Shown in pieces: positions 48,067 to 61,018 of a stretch of 64,000 nucleotides of DNA (positions within the stretch are counted from its first letter, which is position 1; each line of letters starts with the position of its first letter). The translations under genes were made by a program, and so were the position numbers. The stretch is from Parasitella parasitica NRRL 2501 (taxonomy: Eukaryota > Fungi > Mucoromycota). Where the stretch lies: contig MU619244.1 in NCBI GenBank assembly GCA_025201805.1, forward strand, positions 1 to 64,000, written 5' to 3'. The notes beneath the pieces were generated by a model. The model had not been told where the DNA came from. It did no database searches and worked only from the letters and a program-made list of their open reading frames with translations.

Positions 48067-49659
48067 ATGAGTGCAGTAGGGCAGAAACCAATAAACTCTA
48101 AGAGGAGATCTTTAAAAAGAGACCCAATGTCATTTTCCATGCGGCAGAAAAAGAAGGAGCGTTCGGAAGTTCGAAAAAATGCATCCAGCAAGGACTCATC
48201 ACCACCACTATCAACAAATGAGGACCACCCAAGCCCTATTCACATGGAAGAAGCTGCAGAAATTGAAAATTTATCCCCCGTTATGGAAGAAACAACCTTG
48301 CAGCATTCATCTACTGTCCAACAAACAGATATCATACCACCTATCACCAGCAAAACAAGAGACATCATGTCAAATTTAAGTAAAAGATTCGACCCTGCTG
48401 AGATTTTCCCCTATAGCAACAAACCGCATGAAACTAGACAGAAAACAATAGCAGAGGAAAGCAAGCAATGGGAATCCTTGTTTGATCCACAGCACACATT
48501 TGGATCATTTCAAGCGAGCATTGCAAAGCCTATATCTTCTCAACAGTACTATTACAAGGGAAAATGGCCTTTGGATCAAGAAGATATTTTAGGCATGATA
48601 CCCAAACCTAAAAAACCAACAACACAACAGCCTAATAATAGTAGCACAGCAACGACCCCTAATCTTTCCATTGTAGAAAGAGAACTCGCAACAACAACAT
48701 TTGCATTCCCCACTGTTCCCAGTCCCACATTGCCAGATATAAAACAGCTCGAGTTGCACATCAATCCCATTCTGCAAGACAATGAAAGCGAATACTTGTT
48801 TCCAAGAAGTGGCTCACAGATTGAAATTTTACCCTGTCCATCATTGACACAATTCCCTAAATACAAACAGTCAGAGAATGAAGCTTTGTGGAAAGATAGA
48901 TTAAAATTACTAAATAAGATCCAACATTGTGGTTTCCGTGAGGAGTTAAATGGGACACAAAACAGTAAACGCATAGAGTCTGCGGCTAGTCGATTGCATC
49001 GACAGTTGAAGCGTAAAGCAGAACAAATAAAGCGTGAAACTTTAGTCGATTCTAGCACAGAAGAAGAGGAGGAAGATGATGAAAAAGGTGAAGATGCTTA
49101 TAATGTTATGGATGGAGCCGAAGACGGGGCACTGCTTGTTGCAATGGAGCCAGATACGTTAGTCATGGAATCTACGGAGAAACAAGAACATGACACTGTT
49201 AGTAGTCTACACACACATCAATATGAATCAAGCCTAGTGAGCCTCAACGATGAGTGGGAGAACATCTCGTTTAAACCACCCTGTTCCATCAAAGATGTCG
49301 ACGCGGAAAAACAAGAGCAGACTCCAGATGTTGAAATCAAGAGACGAAATCGTCCCACCTTTCTGCTTTTTGCTTATGGATTCTTGTTTCCTCCATTATG
49401 GATAATTGGCGCACTATACAATCCAAGTGGCACCATTCAAAGAACAACTACCAGTAAAAAGATAGATCGAAAGTGGAGGGATTATTCCCGAAATGCATTT
49501 TTTGTATTTACTATCATTGTATCTGTTGTAATTGTTCTAATTTTAGTGCTTAAGCCTCAGGCTGTGGGGTTTAGAAGTAGCAGTGAACAGATTTATCAGG
49601 AAGAGAGGATTATTTTTGAGGAAACTGATACTACTGCTGCTGGACAGCAGTTGCTTTAG
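48067..49659 (+). CDS. Hypothetical protein, disordered N-terminus with two C-terminal transmembrane helices
   Basis: 530-aa ORF; FLLFAYGFLFPPLWIIGALY and FFVFTIIVSVVIVLILVL. Confidence 0.75.
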   Translation: MSAVGQKPINSKRRSLKRDPMSFSMRQKKKERSEVRKNASSKDSSPPLSTNEDHPSPIHMEEAAEIENLSPVMEETTLQHSSTVQQTDIIPPITSKTRDIMSNLSKRFDPAEIFPYSNKPHETRQKTIAEESKQWESLFDPQHTFGSFQASIAKPISSQQYYYKGKWPLDQEDILGMIPKPKKPTTQQPNNSSTATTPNLSIVERELATTTFAFPTVPSPTLPDIKQLELHINPILQDNESEYLFPRSGSQIEILPCPSLTQFPKYKQSENEALWKDRLKLLNKIQHCGFREELNGTQNSKRIESAASRLHRQLKRKAEQIKRETLVDSSTEEEEEDDEKGEDAYNVMDGAEDGALLVAMEPDTLVMESTEKQEHDTVSSLHTHQYESSLVSLNDEWENISFKPPCSIKDVDAEKQEQTPDVEIKRRNRPTFLLFAYGFLFPPLWIIGALYNPSGTIQRTTTSKKIDRKWRDYSRNAFFVFTIIVSVVIVLILVLKPQAVGFRSSSEQIYQEERIIFEETDTTAAGQQLL

Positions 49660-50422
49660 TAGTGTGTCTTGATTAGTAAAATAAACAAGAAAAGCTGTAT
49701 TTATCGACAATTTTAGCAGGCCAAATAAGCTAACTGGTTGATTAGCTTTCTGGTTAATTGGCTTTCGTGTGATGAAGATTATATGCGTACATTTCTAGCT
49801 GTGTAAGTTACTACAGGCAAGCTCTCTTCTTTTTTATACCTTAGCAAAAACTTATTATCCAGTCATCTAGAAACTATTTACTATATTTTACGGCAACATT
49901 TGATCCGTGAATAGTACATACATGGCTACATTTTCTTCTAATTAAATTGATACCTTTTTCTTGATTCTACTAGTAAGCTTACAATCAAAAACCTCAAGGT
50001 TTCTGCTTGCGCAGCGTATTATAGCTACTTTAGCTGGGAGTAACCATTATTGACATCTCCAACATGTAAAAAAAAAACAAACATGAAAGATTTTGTCATG
50101 GAAGCTCTTTACTTTTACTAGACGTGATTGTTACAAACTCAACGTACATAAATTCCAAGAAAGCATGGCAGTAAATAAACATGCCAGAGTTGTTGCGTAG
50201 ATATGCTCTCAAACCCCCCTCCCCCCATCCCCAACATTAAATAATCAAGATTTTAGTGTACGTTATCGTAAAAACCATATGCACTCTGTACAGATATACG
50301 GTACGCAAACAAAGTAATGTACAATTTAATTTTTGAAGGGTTACGTACATACATGCATACATAATGTGTAAAATACAATTTATTGATAAAAAATCATCTA
50401 TACAAAATATATGAAATGAAAT

Positions 50423-52338
50423 CTAATGAGAAAATTGGCCAAAAAAGCGAGGATTGCTGCTATCAGAGCTGAACCTGGCAATATCACAACCCGTTACAAC
50501 TTCATGTTTCTCATAAACAGGACATTTGGTTGTAATGCAACCCAAAATACTATTGGCAACGGATTTTCCTTCTAGCCATCCGCCGTGCAAAAACCCGTAG
50601 TAGTCAGCCGACGTAGCCTCGCCTGCAAACCATAAATTACCCAAAGGAGCTCGCATGTTCAGATGATGTTTTTTTGAGGCACCAATAGGCCAATTTGAGT
50701 AACTCCCTCTAAATAAAGGGTGCTGATGCCACCGTGGGATCAAAATGTCGATGGGTGGTTCGATAGCTGCAGAAGGAAACATTTTTTGTAACACACGCAT
50801 AATCTCATTCCCTACTTGATTTTTTGTCATACGCTCAATTCTCTGTGATTCTGTATCTGTAGTTGTCACCATGAGGATGTTGTCTCCGGAAGACGCGGGT
50901 TTGAATAGATAACCTGGTGCGTTTAGGTTTTGCCATACTGTATAGTAACCGCCATGCTGTGTCACGTTATTAGCATACAAGGCAAACTTACGTATATGTT
51001 TATATTGATTTTTTAGTGACGCTAGATTGGCGATTTACATGTTATTATTTATAATACCTGCCAATCGCCCCAAAATCTTTCTTTGAACAACAGGAAAATC
51101 TTTGTATATGTAGTCATATGAAAGCTTAATAGAGACTCTCTTTTCCACTCTGGAAAAGTAGGGCTGAATTGCACCGAATCGCTTTGCAATACTCCCAGTC
51201 TACAGGAACCATATATTTTGTTATTATAGTCATCAAAACAAATAAGCAAACATAATGAATTTACTTACGAAAACGTGCAGATTGCATATTCAGCTTCAAT
51301 GACATGTCCATTTGAAGTGATTACTGTCACATTGTGATCATTGTAGATGACTTTTGTAATTAATGTGTCGAGCATGAGGCGGGCATCATTCAAATGAAGG
51401 AATGTTTGGAGCTCTTGGACAAGGATATGGTTGAATCCTCTTTGTTTTGTTTTTTGTGAGTGGTCAGTTGCAGTGAATAGTAGAAGGGAAAAAAAAAAAA
51501 GAGCCGTGTACCTTTCATCAACTACAAATTCGTTTCCAAATGGATAAGTTCCTGTAATTGAATCGACAGTTCCCGTTGCATAGTCAAGTGAACACATTTC
51601 AGCAGGCTCAGAAAACTCCCAATCAATATTAAAATACTCTACGGCAGCTTTGAGAGGCGTATTTGGTTTCCAACCTAATAGACTGAGTGCAGATCGACTT
51701 GATAGATCGACCTGTTGACGTTTCATTCGCTTTTCTATCATTGATTAACAAGATTATTAGCTAATACCAAGTGTTTGTGTTGCATAATGATATACCTGCA
51801 TAATCTACAAGTTTCACCTTGACGGATTCAAATTGATGACTAGTGTAGATGCCTTTTTCCTGATCCTCCATTAGACCAAAGTCATCAAAATAAGCAACGT
51901 TATCTTTATCATTGGGTGTCGTTTTTAGTCCATGCTGGGTGGCCATTCTATAGATTGGATTGTCTCCTTTGCCATAAATCTATCATTTAAACTAGTGTTT
52001 ATATGGCAGTTGATCTGACAGTGCGAGCTTCAATATTCCTTTACCCAATTAGCACCCAATTCAACATGACTATTGCCAAATGCTTGATGCTGTACTCTGC
52101 CTGTGCATTAAACAATCAATCGAACCCTTCATATAAACATGAAAGCTCATATTGTAATACCTCCGATAAAGGATTGCGCATCGACAATAACATAGTCTTG
52201 CATGTTTGCCTCATTCAATGATTTTGCAGCTGAAATGCCAGCTGCACCTGCACCTAGAATGACAACCTTGGTCTTGATCTGTTTTGATTCAACTGAAATC
52301 AATGCTGTCAATAGCAATAGCAGTAGAATTAGTTTCAT
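50423..52338 (-). CDS. Secreted flavin-dependent polyamine oxidase-like amine oxidase, multi-exon
   Basis: Signal peptide MKLILLLLLLTALISVES, VVILGAGAAG, IGGRV, ELGANW, TFSLGVLQ, YTKIFL, GSYSNWPIG, FAGEATS..YYGFLHG. Confidence 0.92.
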
Positions 52339-52789
52339 TATCCAAGGAACTGAAAAATATAATTGCAAAATAAAAAAGGCTACAACACTCAATAGAAACC
52401 CATCTTTAAATGGCTTTTTCATGCTACACAACACTTCATGTGATTGAATTTCATATAACAAAAGAGTTTATTTTACTGCCAGTATAAATGTTAATTTCCT
52501 TTAAGAAAAAAGAGGGGGGAGAGAAAGAAAGAAAAAGGTATGATTATGTCATATGTATATATGTATAAGGCGAAGGGGACTACCTTGAGAAAGAGAATAG
52601 ACATGTATAGGAATGCTAATTTTCATGAAAAAAAGAAATGCATAAAGATGATGAGACTAATAATAATAATAAAAATAGAAAAAAGACAAATAAATAAATT
52701 ACTAAGGAAAAACTAATCATGAGATGCTTATAAGTGTAATTGTTTTTGTTGGACTTTTTTGTTTTTTGTTGGTGTTGTTATGTAGGATT

Positions 52790-53354
52790 TTAGGCGCCAA
52801 AAACGATGTTCATATTATCAGGTGATGTAAAAGGAGAGTATTGCTGATCAACATAGGGTGCATAAATAGATTGATAATTATCTGTGTTATCGTTCATAGG
52901 AGGGTTTGGGAACATCGAGTCCATATTTACATCAAACTGCGTCTGTTGTTCGTGGTAATTCTGGTACGAGTCATTCAGGCTTGTCATTTGCAACAAGTGA
53001 TGCTCGTCCTGCAGCTGCAGCTGCTGCTGCTGCTGTTGTTGTTGTTGTTGTTGCTGTTGTTGCAACGGCATCGGTTTAAATGGTGATAGTAACGTCATTG
53101 GTATATTGAGAGCGGAGGTAGACGCATTAGGCTCCAACTTGATGCCTTGGTTGAAAGGATCGGTTGAGCCATTATTGTTGTATTGAAGCGTTGAACAGGG
53201 CGAAGAGGCCGAGGATGAACTAAAGTCGTCTTCAAAAGAAGAGCCCTTTCCCATAGCTGAAGCTGCTGTTGTACCACTGCTCCAGTTTGATTCCTCCTTG
53301 GTAAATGTATTCTGAGATGGTTCAGGATAGTACGAAGAGTTGAACATGTGTTGC

Positions 53355-53392
<38 letters not shown>

Positions 53393-55876
53393 TTGCTGTT
53401 GCTGTTGCTGTCTTTCATCTAACATGATGCTAGAGGATTCAGTCGTAGTCAGTGAGGTGTTGCTTCGACTGGAGCTAAGAGATGTAGTAGGCTGAAGAGC
53501 GGCAGTAGTAGCGTTTGTCGCAGTCTGGACATCAGGCATATCAAAATCAAGATCGAGCATTGGGCTCAGTGTGCTGCAGCGGCTACTATGATGACTACTA
53601 TTGTTACTGGCACTACCATTAGCAGAGATGTTTGTAGACCAGCCAGAAGAACGAGAACCATCAAAGGAATAGCGAGTATCGTTATGTTGTTGGTTATGAC
53701 CGAGCACTTGTTGGTGGTGCTGGTTCTGTTGCTGTCTGCCATAGTTGTTGAACATAAAGTTGCGCTGGTAGTCATCAGGGGATGAAGAGTCATCATCGTT
53801 GTTGTTGTTGTCACCACCACTCAAGGAAGAGATATGGTCGTATTGCTGGATTTCATGCTCAAGACGATGATGCTGGGCGAGATAATCAGCCCCAGGGAAT
53901 TGTTTTCCACAGACTGTGCAAAGAAACGTGTGTAACGATTGCATATGGCGCTCAAGGTGTTCAGGTCTCTTGAACAAATGTCTGCAGTCAGACACGGGGC
54001 AGTAGAAGTCTTGCTGTTGCTGATGGGCAACGGAGACACCAGCTTGACGCCAACTTTGGGAGCGGTTTGTTATGAGCATAGGCGGAGGAGTCGAAATGAT
54101 TTGGTTAGCGGCGAATCCAGCCTTGGCAGCTGCCATAGCCAACCTGCTACTATTGCTATTTACCATTTTGGAAGAGCCAGCCAAGTTGTTGTTGTTGGCA
54201 GGAGTAGGAAGATGGCATTTGTCATGACGACGACCAACACGATCAGGGCCACCTGCATGGCCATATAAGAGGTGTTGCGGATTCAGGTTCGATGTCGAGA
54301 CTGATGCAGCACGACGTCTGCGCTGCTTGTACGTTGGAGAGCCCTCAAAGATGTTCAAGTTGCCAAAAATGGTCTTGGTCTTTTTCATAGCATTTGAATC
54401 AAGTGATTTTGATGGCAGCACCATATTGTTGTTGTGCTGCAAAATGCTGCTGCTCGTGCTAGTGCTATGACTCGTGTTGGACAAAGAGGGCGTGATTTCC
54501 AATTGATTAACACCGTTGGAAATGGGGTCCATCATGTAGTCATGTTGCGACTGCATATGGTGATACTTGATCAATGGGGACGATAAGTTGGATGATTTCA
54601 ACGACATGTCTACAGTGGGAATTGTTGCGGCACTATTGCTCGAGTCATCGCGAAACAAGAAATCGTCGGCGGTCGCAGTTGTGGTGGGCGATGATAGCAT
54701 GGACGAACAATTGCTTGAAATACGACGACTGCTGCCGTGAGGGCGACGAGTTGGTGTAATGTTGGTAGAGATCGAATTGCTATGGAAATAGGAGCCATGG
54801 CTTAAGCGATGAGACTTTTGCTGTTGCTGGAACAACAGTAATTGCTGCTTCTGGCCAATGTTTGCAGGAACAGAGTTGACACGCGATCTTTTAGTCTGAG
54901 AAGCAGCACGTTCGAGTCTTGATTGAGAGACGGACCATGTTGTATGGCCCACAGCTGAATTGGGTGTGGGCGAAGTCGGCCATGGCTGGTCAGCTTCCAA
55001 GAAATTAGAGTGATCGGTGACTAATTTGCAAGGAGGATTAGTCATGAGTGGCAATTAATAGTTACGAGTTACAATCTTACTCTGATGGATCGAATTCAGA
55101 GACAGGCTGCTGTTTGGTACAGGCGCATTTGGAGTTGAATTGGAAGCAGATACAATTTCCTCTTCAATGGCGTGAGCAGTAGCAGCGGCAGATTGGGAGA
55201 TACTTTTTCTCAGCTGATCGAACAACTCCTGCGTAGAATCAAGAGATAATGACGATGCAGGTTCAGCGACGGCTTGGGTTGTTGGTTCCATACCCATTTT
55301 TTCACGCTTGAGATCACGTTCAAGAGCATCGAGGAAGAGGCGATCATGAGGCACAGAAAACCAAAAGAAGACCTTTTGCTTTTTTTGTGTGCGGATGCAG
55401 TTGTTCTTATACAACATATCCAACAAGTCAGACTTGGGTTCTTCAAGTCTAGCATCATGTCCAGGTTTCAAGTTGCGCAAATCAGAAAATATGCCTTCTT
55501 CGAATTTCTTAGCATTTGTAACTGGTCTACCAAACGCATGGAAGCGAAATGTTAACGAGCGTACAATGTCTGTACCTGTAATAAAGAACAAACTGTCCCA
55601 TAATACACAAGATATACTTTCTCCACCGCTGCTTCCTCCACCTTCTCCTGAAGGTAAAGTGAATCGCTTCAAAGCCTTATTCGGCTCCCATTGCTGAGTT
55701 GCTGTATGAAGAAAATATTTCATCTTGTCAATTTGATCTAATCGAGCAACTGTGTTACTGTCAGTTGGTAGCGGCATGCCATAAGTTGTTGATGAAGACG
55801 CGACAGATGAATTGTGCTTCTCTTCCATATGTTTTTTGGTGTAAGTATGAGTTTTAGTCATACTAGATTGTTGCAT
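52790..55876 (-). CDS. STE12: Ste12-like transcription factor (STE domain plus two C2H2 fingers), intron 55021-55080
   Basis: ISCVLW..LFFITGTDIVR, KKFEEGIFSDLRNLK, CIRTQKKQKVFFWFSVPHDRLFLDALERDLKRE, FEGSPTYKQRRRR; a 60-nt GTAAGA...CTAAT...TAG intron joins the two ORFs. Confidence 0.95.
53350..53411 (-). repeat. CAG/CAA polyglutamine repeat in STE12 (second tract near 53010-53065)
   Basis: Mixed tgc/tgt triplet runs encoding polyQ. Confidence 0.9.
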
Positions 55877-57503
55877 TGATTTTTTTTTCTTTTTTTTTTT
55901 GTGGGAGGTTTTTTATAGGTTATATAATAAGAAAGGAGTAAAAGATGTCGAGCTTTTTTCTTTGTAATAGAGATATATCTTTACAGTATAATAATATAAT
56001 ACAGATAAATATAATATATGAGATATGAAAAAAAAAAAGGCCGAATTGATAATTAATACACAAGATTTGAGAAATGAAAGAGAAAGAAAAAGAAAAAGAA
56101 AGACGAAGGTATAAATCAAAGAAGAAGAAGAAAAAAAAAAAAAAGAGAAAAAGAAGGGGGGGGTAAGTTATTGATGGGATTGAAGGCAAATGTACAAAGA
56201 AAGAAATTTATGTATACGGGGTTGGCGAAATGCTGTTATGTTGCTGATTGATGTACCTTTATTTTTGGCAATATGCTGATTCCAATGGCTTCTTTTTTCC
56301 TTTTTTTTTTTTTTTTTCAAATTATATATGTATATATTATCATCACCTCAACAACAACAAAAAACAAGGTTAGAAGGAAAAAAAATAATTACATGCACCT
56401 TTAAAATAAACAAATCTGCTAGTACACGCATTGATTTAAAATATCATCAACGATGATTGTAACCAATCAGTGTATAATTAAGGAGTAACAACAACATTCA
56501 AATTAGTTGATATTCACTTTAAGCGTAAATTACAATATCTCTCTCTCTTTTTCCCTGTTTCTCCTTACAATGTGGCAATAAATATATATTTATACACGAC
56601 CGGCATTCTAAAATGGTGGTTTGTGTATTATGCATTCAACCATATACTTACTTTTGTATCACGTGGACCTAGTATCCTTGTATAATGATGTATTGTACAT
56701 ACTTTTATCATTCAACATTTCTTAGCTTTATTTTTTTCCCTCTCAATCAAATATAGAACGCCCTGCATCTGTATGTATGATGCATCTTAAGAAGAAAAAA
56801 TCTTGCTTGATGCTGCTTCTGATGGTGATGTTGTTGTTGTGATGTAAAAAAAAATTGGGGCAATCACCACCACTGTATTAAGGGGACCATAGTACACTCT
56901 AATTCTCGACATTCCGGAAGCGTTTCCGAATTAATTTTCTATTGTTCAATAAACACACGATACAAGATCTTGATCTTTCTGTCTTTTTTTGTCTCCATGG
57001 ATACCAAAATTCGGCTATTGAATGTCAAAATCCTCCCTTAAAATTACCATGGCAACAGACATTTTTTATATATTCACTATACTAAACCCGCTTTGAAAAT
57101 GTAGAATATGCCCATCTCACTGAATTAGCAAAAAGATTTGTTGCTATAACACCTAAAAAAAAAACTTTAGAAAAAAAAAAAAGCTTGCAGCGAGAATGAA
57201 CGATTATCATCTTTAGCCATTGACTTGTCCAAAACAAAAGGGTTCTGTGGAAAAAAAAACATGCGGAAAGTTTTCCCCTGAGATTCCTTCTGAGTTAGAC
57301 CAAAGTTAACCCCTTTATATGAATGAATTTTTAGTTCAAGTTGGGTAGATTGCAGCAGAAAACTTGAACCTTTCTCCTTTGAACTCCTCTCGTCAACATC
57401 CAATCTCTCCTCTTTTTCCTTTATTATTTTTGTTTGCCTTTTTTTATTATTATTTTCTTCTCTTTCATCTTCCTTGTCTCTTGATCAATACATATAAACA
57501 TAC

Positions 57504-60097
57504 ATGGCGGAGATAAAAAAGGACGGCCATCTCCAGGTTAAAGAAGATGGATTGAGGGCTTGGATTTGGTCCAAACGATATGTAGTTTTACGTGAACAGA
57601 CAATTACATTTCATCGCAATGAAGTATGAAAATACATACCTACAATAATTTACATTCTAATTTTATTTTGCATTAGCAAACGGGCCAATGCGTAGCACTC
57701 GTTTTTCTGAAAGAAATCACTGCTGTGGCACGTTCGGAATTGAAATCACATTGCTTTGAATTGTGCACCAAAGCAAAGTCTTATTATCTTGCATGTCGCA
57801 GTGACGAAGAATTGTATTCGTGGATGGATGAGATATACAACGTGAGTCCTTGAACTTTATTATGCAATACCCTTGATTTAACTCATCTATTATAAAAGAG
57901 ATCGCCATTAGGCGCATCAGGTCCCACAAATTTTGTTCACAAGGTTCATGTGGGGTTTGACCCTATCACCGGAGCATTTACTGTAAGTGTATAATTGAAA
58001 AGTGTAACGAGATCAAATGGGAATTAGGACGTTATGTTTATATTCATACTTGAGATAGGGTTTGCCTGACCAATGGAATGCATTATTGAAAGGATCGAAA
58101 ATTACGCCTGAAGATGCTGCCAAGAATCCGCAAGCAGTATTAGAAGCACTTGAATTTTACACTGAACAAAGTCGCCGAGAAAAGAGTGGATACGAAGCCA
58201 GTGACAATAATACCACTAGCACCAATGACAGCAGCAATGGGCATAGAAAAAACTGGGAAGATGAAAAGAAAATGTCAAATCCAAAAGCTAGTCGATCCAC
58301 ACCTGCACCACGACATATTCGTGAAGCTCCTGCTAGACCAACGAATAAAGCCACAGCAATGGCGGCCCGGCAAAAAGAGTATGAACTACCTAAAGTTGAC
58401 ATGAACCATATCAAATCAATGGATAAAGACGTTCTGGTAATGATGGAGAAGCTGAAGTTACAGCAACAGAGCATGAAGGAGAAGCAAATGTTTGTAGACG
58501 AATTAGCCAAGAGCAACAGTGAGAGCAGATCGTTGAAGTTATCAAAGGAGGTCAGACCTATAATGAACAATACGCCAGCATCGCCCACGCCTACTACATT
58601 AAGTGGCTCACTACCCCGTAAAAACACATCTCGTAGCAGCATGACTAAACGTCATCCAGACACTGGTGGTAGTGCAAGATATGCAGCACCATCTGATCGT
58701 AGCACAAAATTTGAGAGAGAAAAAGAGAGGCTCAAGGAGGCAGCAGCTGCACTGGATCGTGATAAAAATCTAATGAAGCGTACTCGAGACATTGAATCCA
58801 CCAGAGACAAGTTGACCTTACCGCTGGTGCCACCACCCCCCTCCTCAGCAACCTTGCTGTATCCAAATGACCCGAACAACAGATCTTCCATATCACCCAA
58901 TCCGCAACCGCGGATATCTACCCCTGTACCTTCTTCCAATAATAAGAGCACAACATCCACTGATAAAAAATCAACTGATGCAGCAACCAAAAAGCAAGAT
59001 CAAAGGATAAGCACCATGAGTGATCATCAAATCATGGAGAGATTGAGATCTGTCGTCACCAGTGGAGATCCCAACTTGATATACAAACGCACCAAGAGAA
59101 TCGGACAAGGAGCATCGGGATCCGTTTACTTGGCAAACCATCTGACAACCAATGCAAAGGTAGCTGTCAAGCAGATGGATTTGTCTAAGCAATCTCGGCT
59201 GGATTTGATTGTCAATGAGATTATGATTATGAAGGAGTCCCACCACGATAACATTGTCAATTTCTTGGATTCCTTTTTAGTGCGCGGTGACTTATGGGTT
59301 GTGATGGAATACATGGAAGGAGGTGCGTTGACAGACGTAATTGAGCATAACACAATGACGGAGCAGCAAATAGCTACAGTCTGTTACGAGGTATGGAAGT
59401 TTGTTTCGTTGTGTGTGCGTGTTTATACATAATTGACAAATATACATATATGTGTATGTAGACAGCAAAAGGATTAGATCATTTGCATTCTCAAAATATC
59501 ATACATCGAGATATCAAGTCTGATAACGTGCTACTCAATTTTGCTGGCCAGGTTAAGATTAGCGATTTTGGATATTGCGCCAAATTAACAGATCAACGAA
59601 ACAAGAGAGCAACCATGGTTGGCACGCCGTACTGGGTAAATACATCGCTTTTTTTTTGTGTGCGTGTGTGTCTACAACTTGTTTATTCTAACATGGCATC
59701 GAAAGATGGCACCCGAAATTGTCAAGCAAAAAGAATACGGTGCAAAAGTTGATATTTGGTCATTAGGCATCATGGCAATTGAAATGATAGAGAACGAGCC
59801 GCCTTATCTTGACGAAGAGCCTCTGAAGGCACTATATTTGATCGCCACAAATGGTACTCCATCTCTCAAGAATCCAGACAAACTATCCAAAGAATTAAAG
59901 AGCTATCTTGCGGTTTGTTTATGTGTGGATGTAAAATCTCGGGCTACAGCTGCTGAATTATTAGATGTAAGCGCCTTTTNNNNNNNNNNTATCGTGAGGT
60001 TTTCTAACTCTTTGTGAACATATAGCATGATTTCATTAAAAAAGCTGGTCCAATTGATATTCTGTTGCCTTCACTTTTGAAGTTTAAAAAAAAATAA
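57504..60097 (+). CDS. CLA4: PH-CRIB PAK kinase (Cla4/Skm1-type), multi-exon
   Basis: PH exon [38 protein letters not shown], kinase [30 protein letters not shown]. Confidence 0.93.
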
Positions 60098-61018
60098 ACT
60101 TTCTAGCTCTTGTTCATGTGTCTATAAAAAAATCATACGTTTTTATTCTCTGTCTTTCTCTTTCTCTCTCTCTCTCCTTAAGCAGTGTTACACGTTCTCG
60201 GTAAATCATTATATGATAATGTTGTATCACGCAGCTTTGTTCGGCTTTATCAATTTTTGGGATTTTCAAATTACTAAAATCAACCGCCCCATGTACTACC
60301 CACATTGTTTTCATTTAATATTTTCTTTATTAATTGATTTGCTATAATTGTAGTAGTTGTTTAGTGACAAAATAAACAAGAAGATAAAGTCTTTTCTTAT
60401 ATGCTTGTACCATACTTCTGTTTCTTTTGATGGACACAAGAGTATTCGGATGCTTTACTTTTGATTCAGGAACCAAACATTTGTGCTCCACAACGATAGA
60501 TCGATAATATTTTTCAATTGAAAAGATTGTGTTTAAGCCAACAATCTAAATAATCATTCGTTTAAAATGTTCGTACATGACCTACAGTATTTCTACTTTG
60601 AATTCAGGCAATGCTGGTTTTTTCTAAATGAATCAAAAATCAATTTTTAGAAAAAAATCAATATGGTCTGAATTCAAAGTTGAAATACGGAAATTACCCC
60701 CCCCATCAACTTGCTACTGAATTGAATCAAGCTCATTGGATTGCATAAAATACAACGTTGCATAAAAGACATTCGTTTTTATTCATTGAATAGAAAGATA
60801 CATACAGCATAAACGGTTACATGGGAAAGACATAAATTTTGATGTATAAACGGATAAGGACATAGTTAGTTGAATGGTGTAGTGCGATAAATACATATAA
60901 CATAAAACGGAAATAACTAAAACGAGATCAAAAACCGTTTTAAAATCCAAGATCAAGATAAAAGAGCTGAAAAAGAATGAAACGTGTATTACACATGTAT
61001 GCATACAAGCTGAAAGCA

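Noticed and set aside
55050-55060. Apparent stop-codon readthrough between two abutting in-frame ORFs of STE12
   Set aside because: The TAA lies within a canonical 60-nt GT-AG intron with a CTAAT branch site
56600-56925. CATTCY (Tec1-type) sites and a TTCCGGAA palindrome in the STE12/CLA4 spacer
   Set aside because: Short motifs expected by chance in 1.6 kb; no conservation data available
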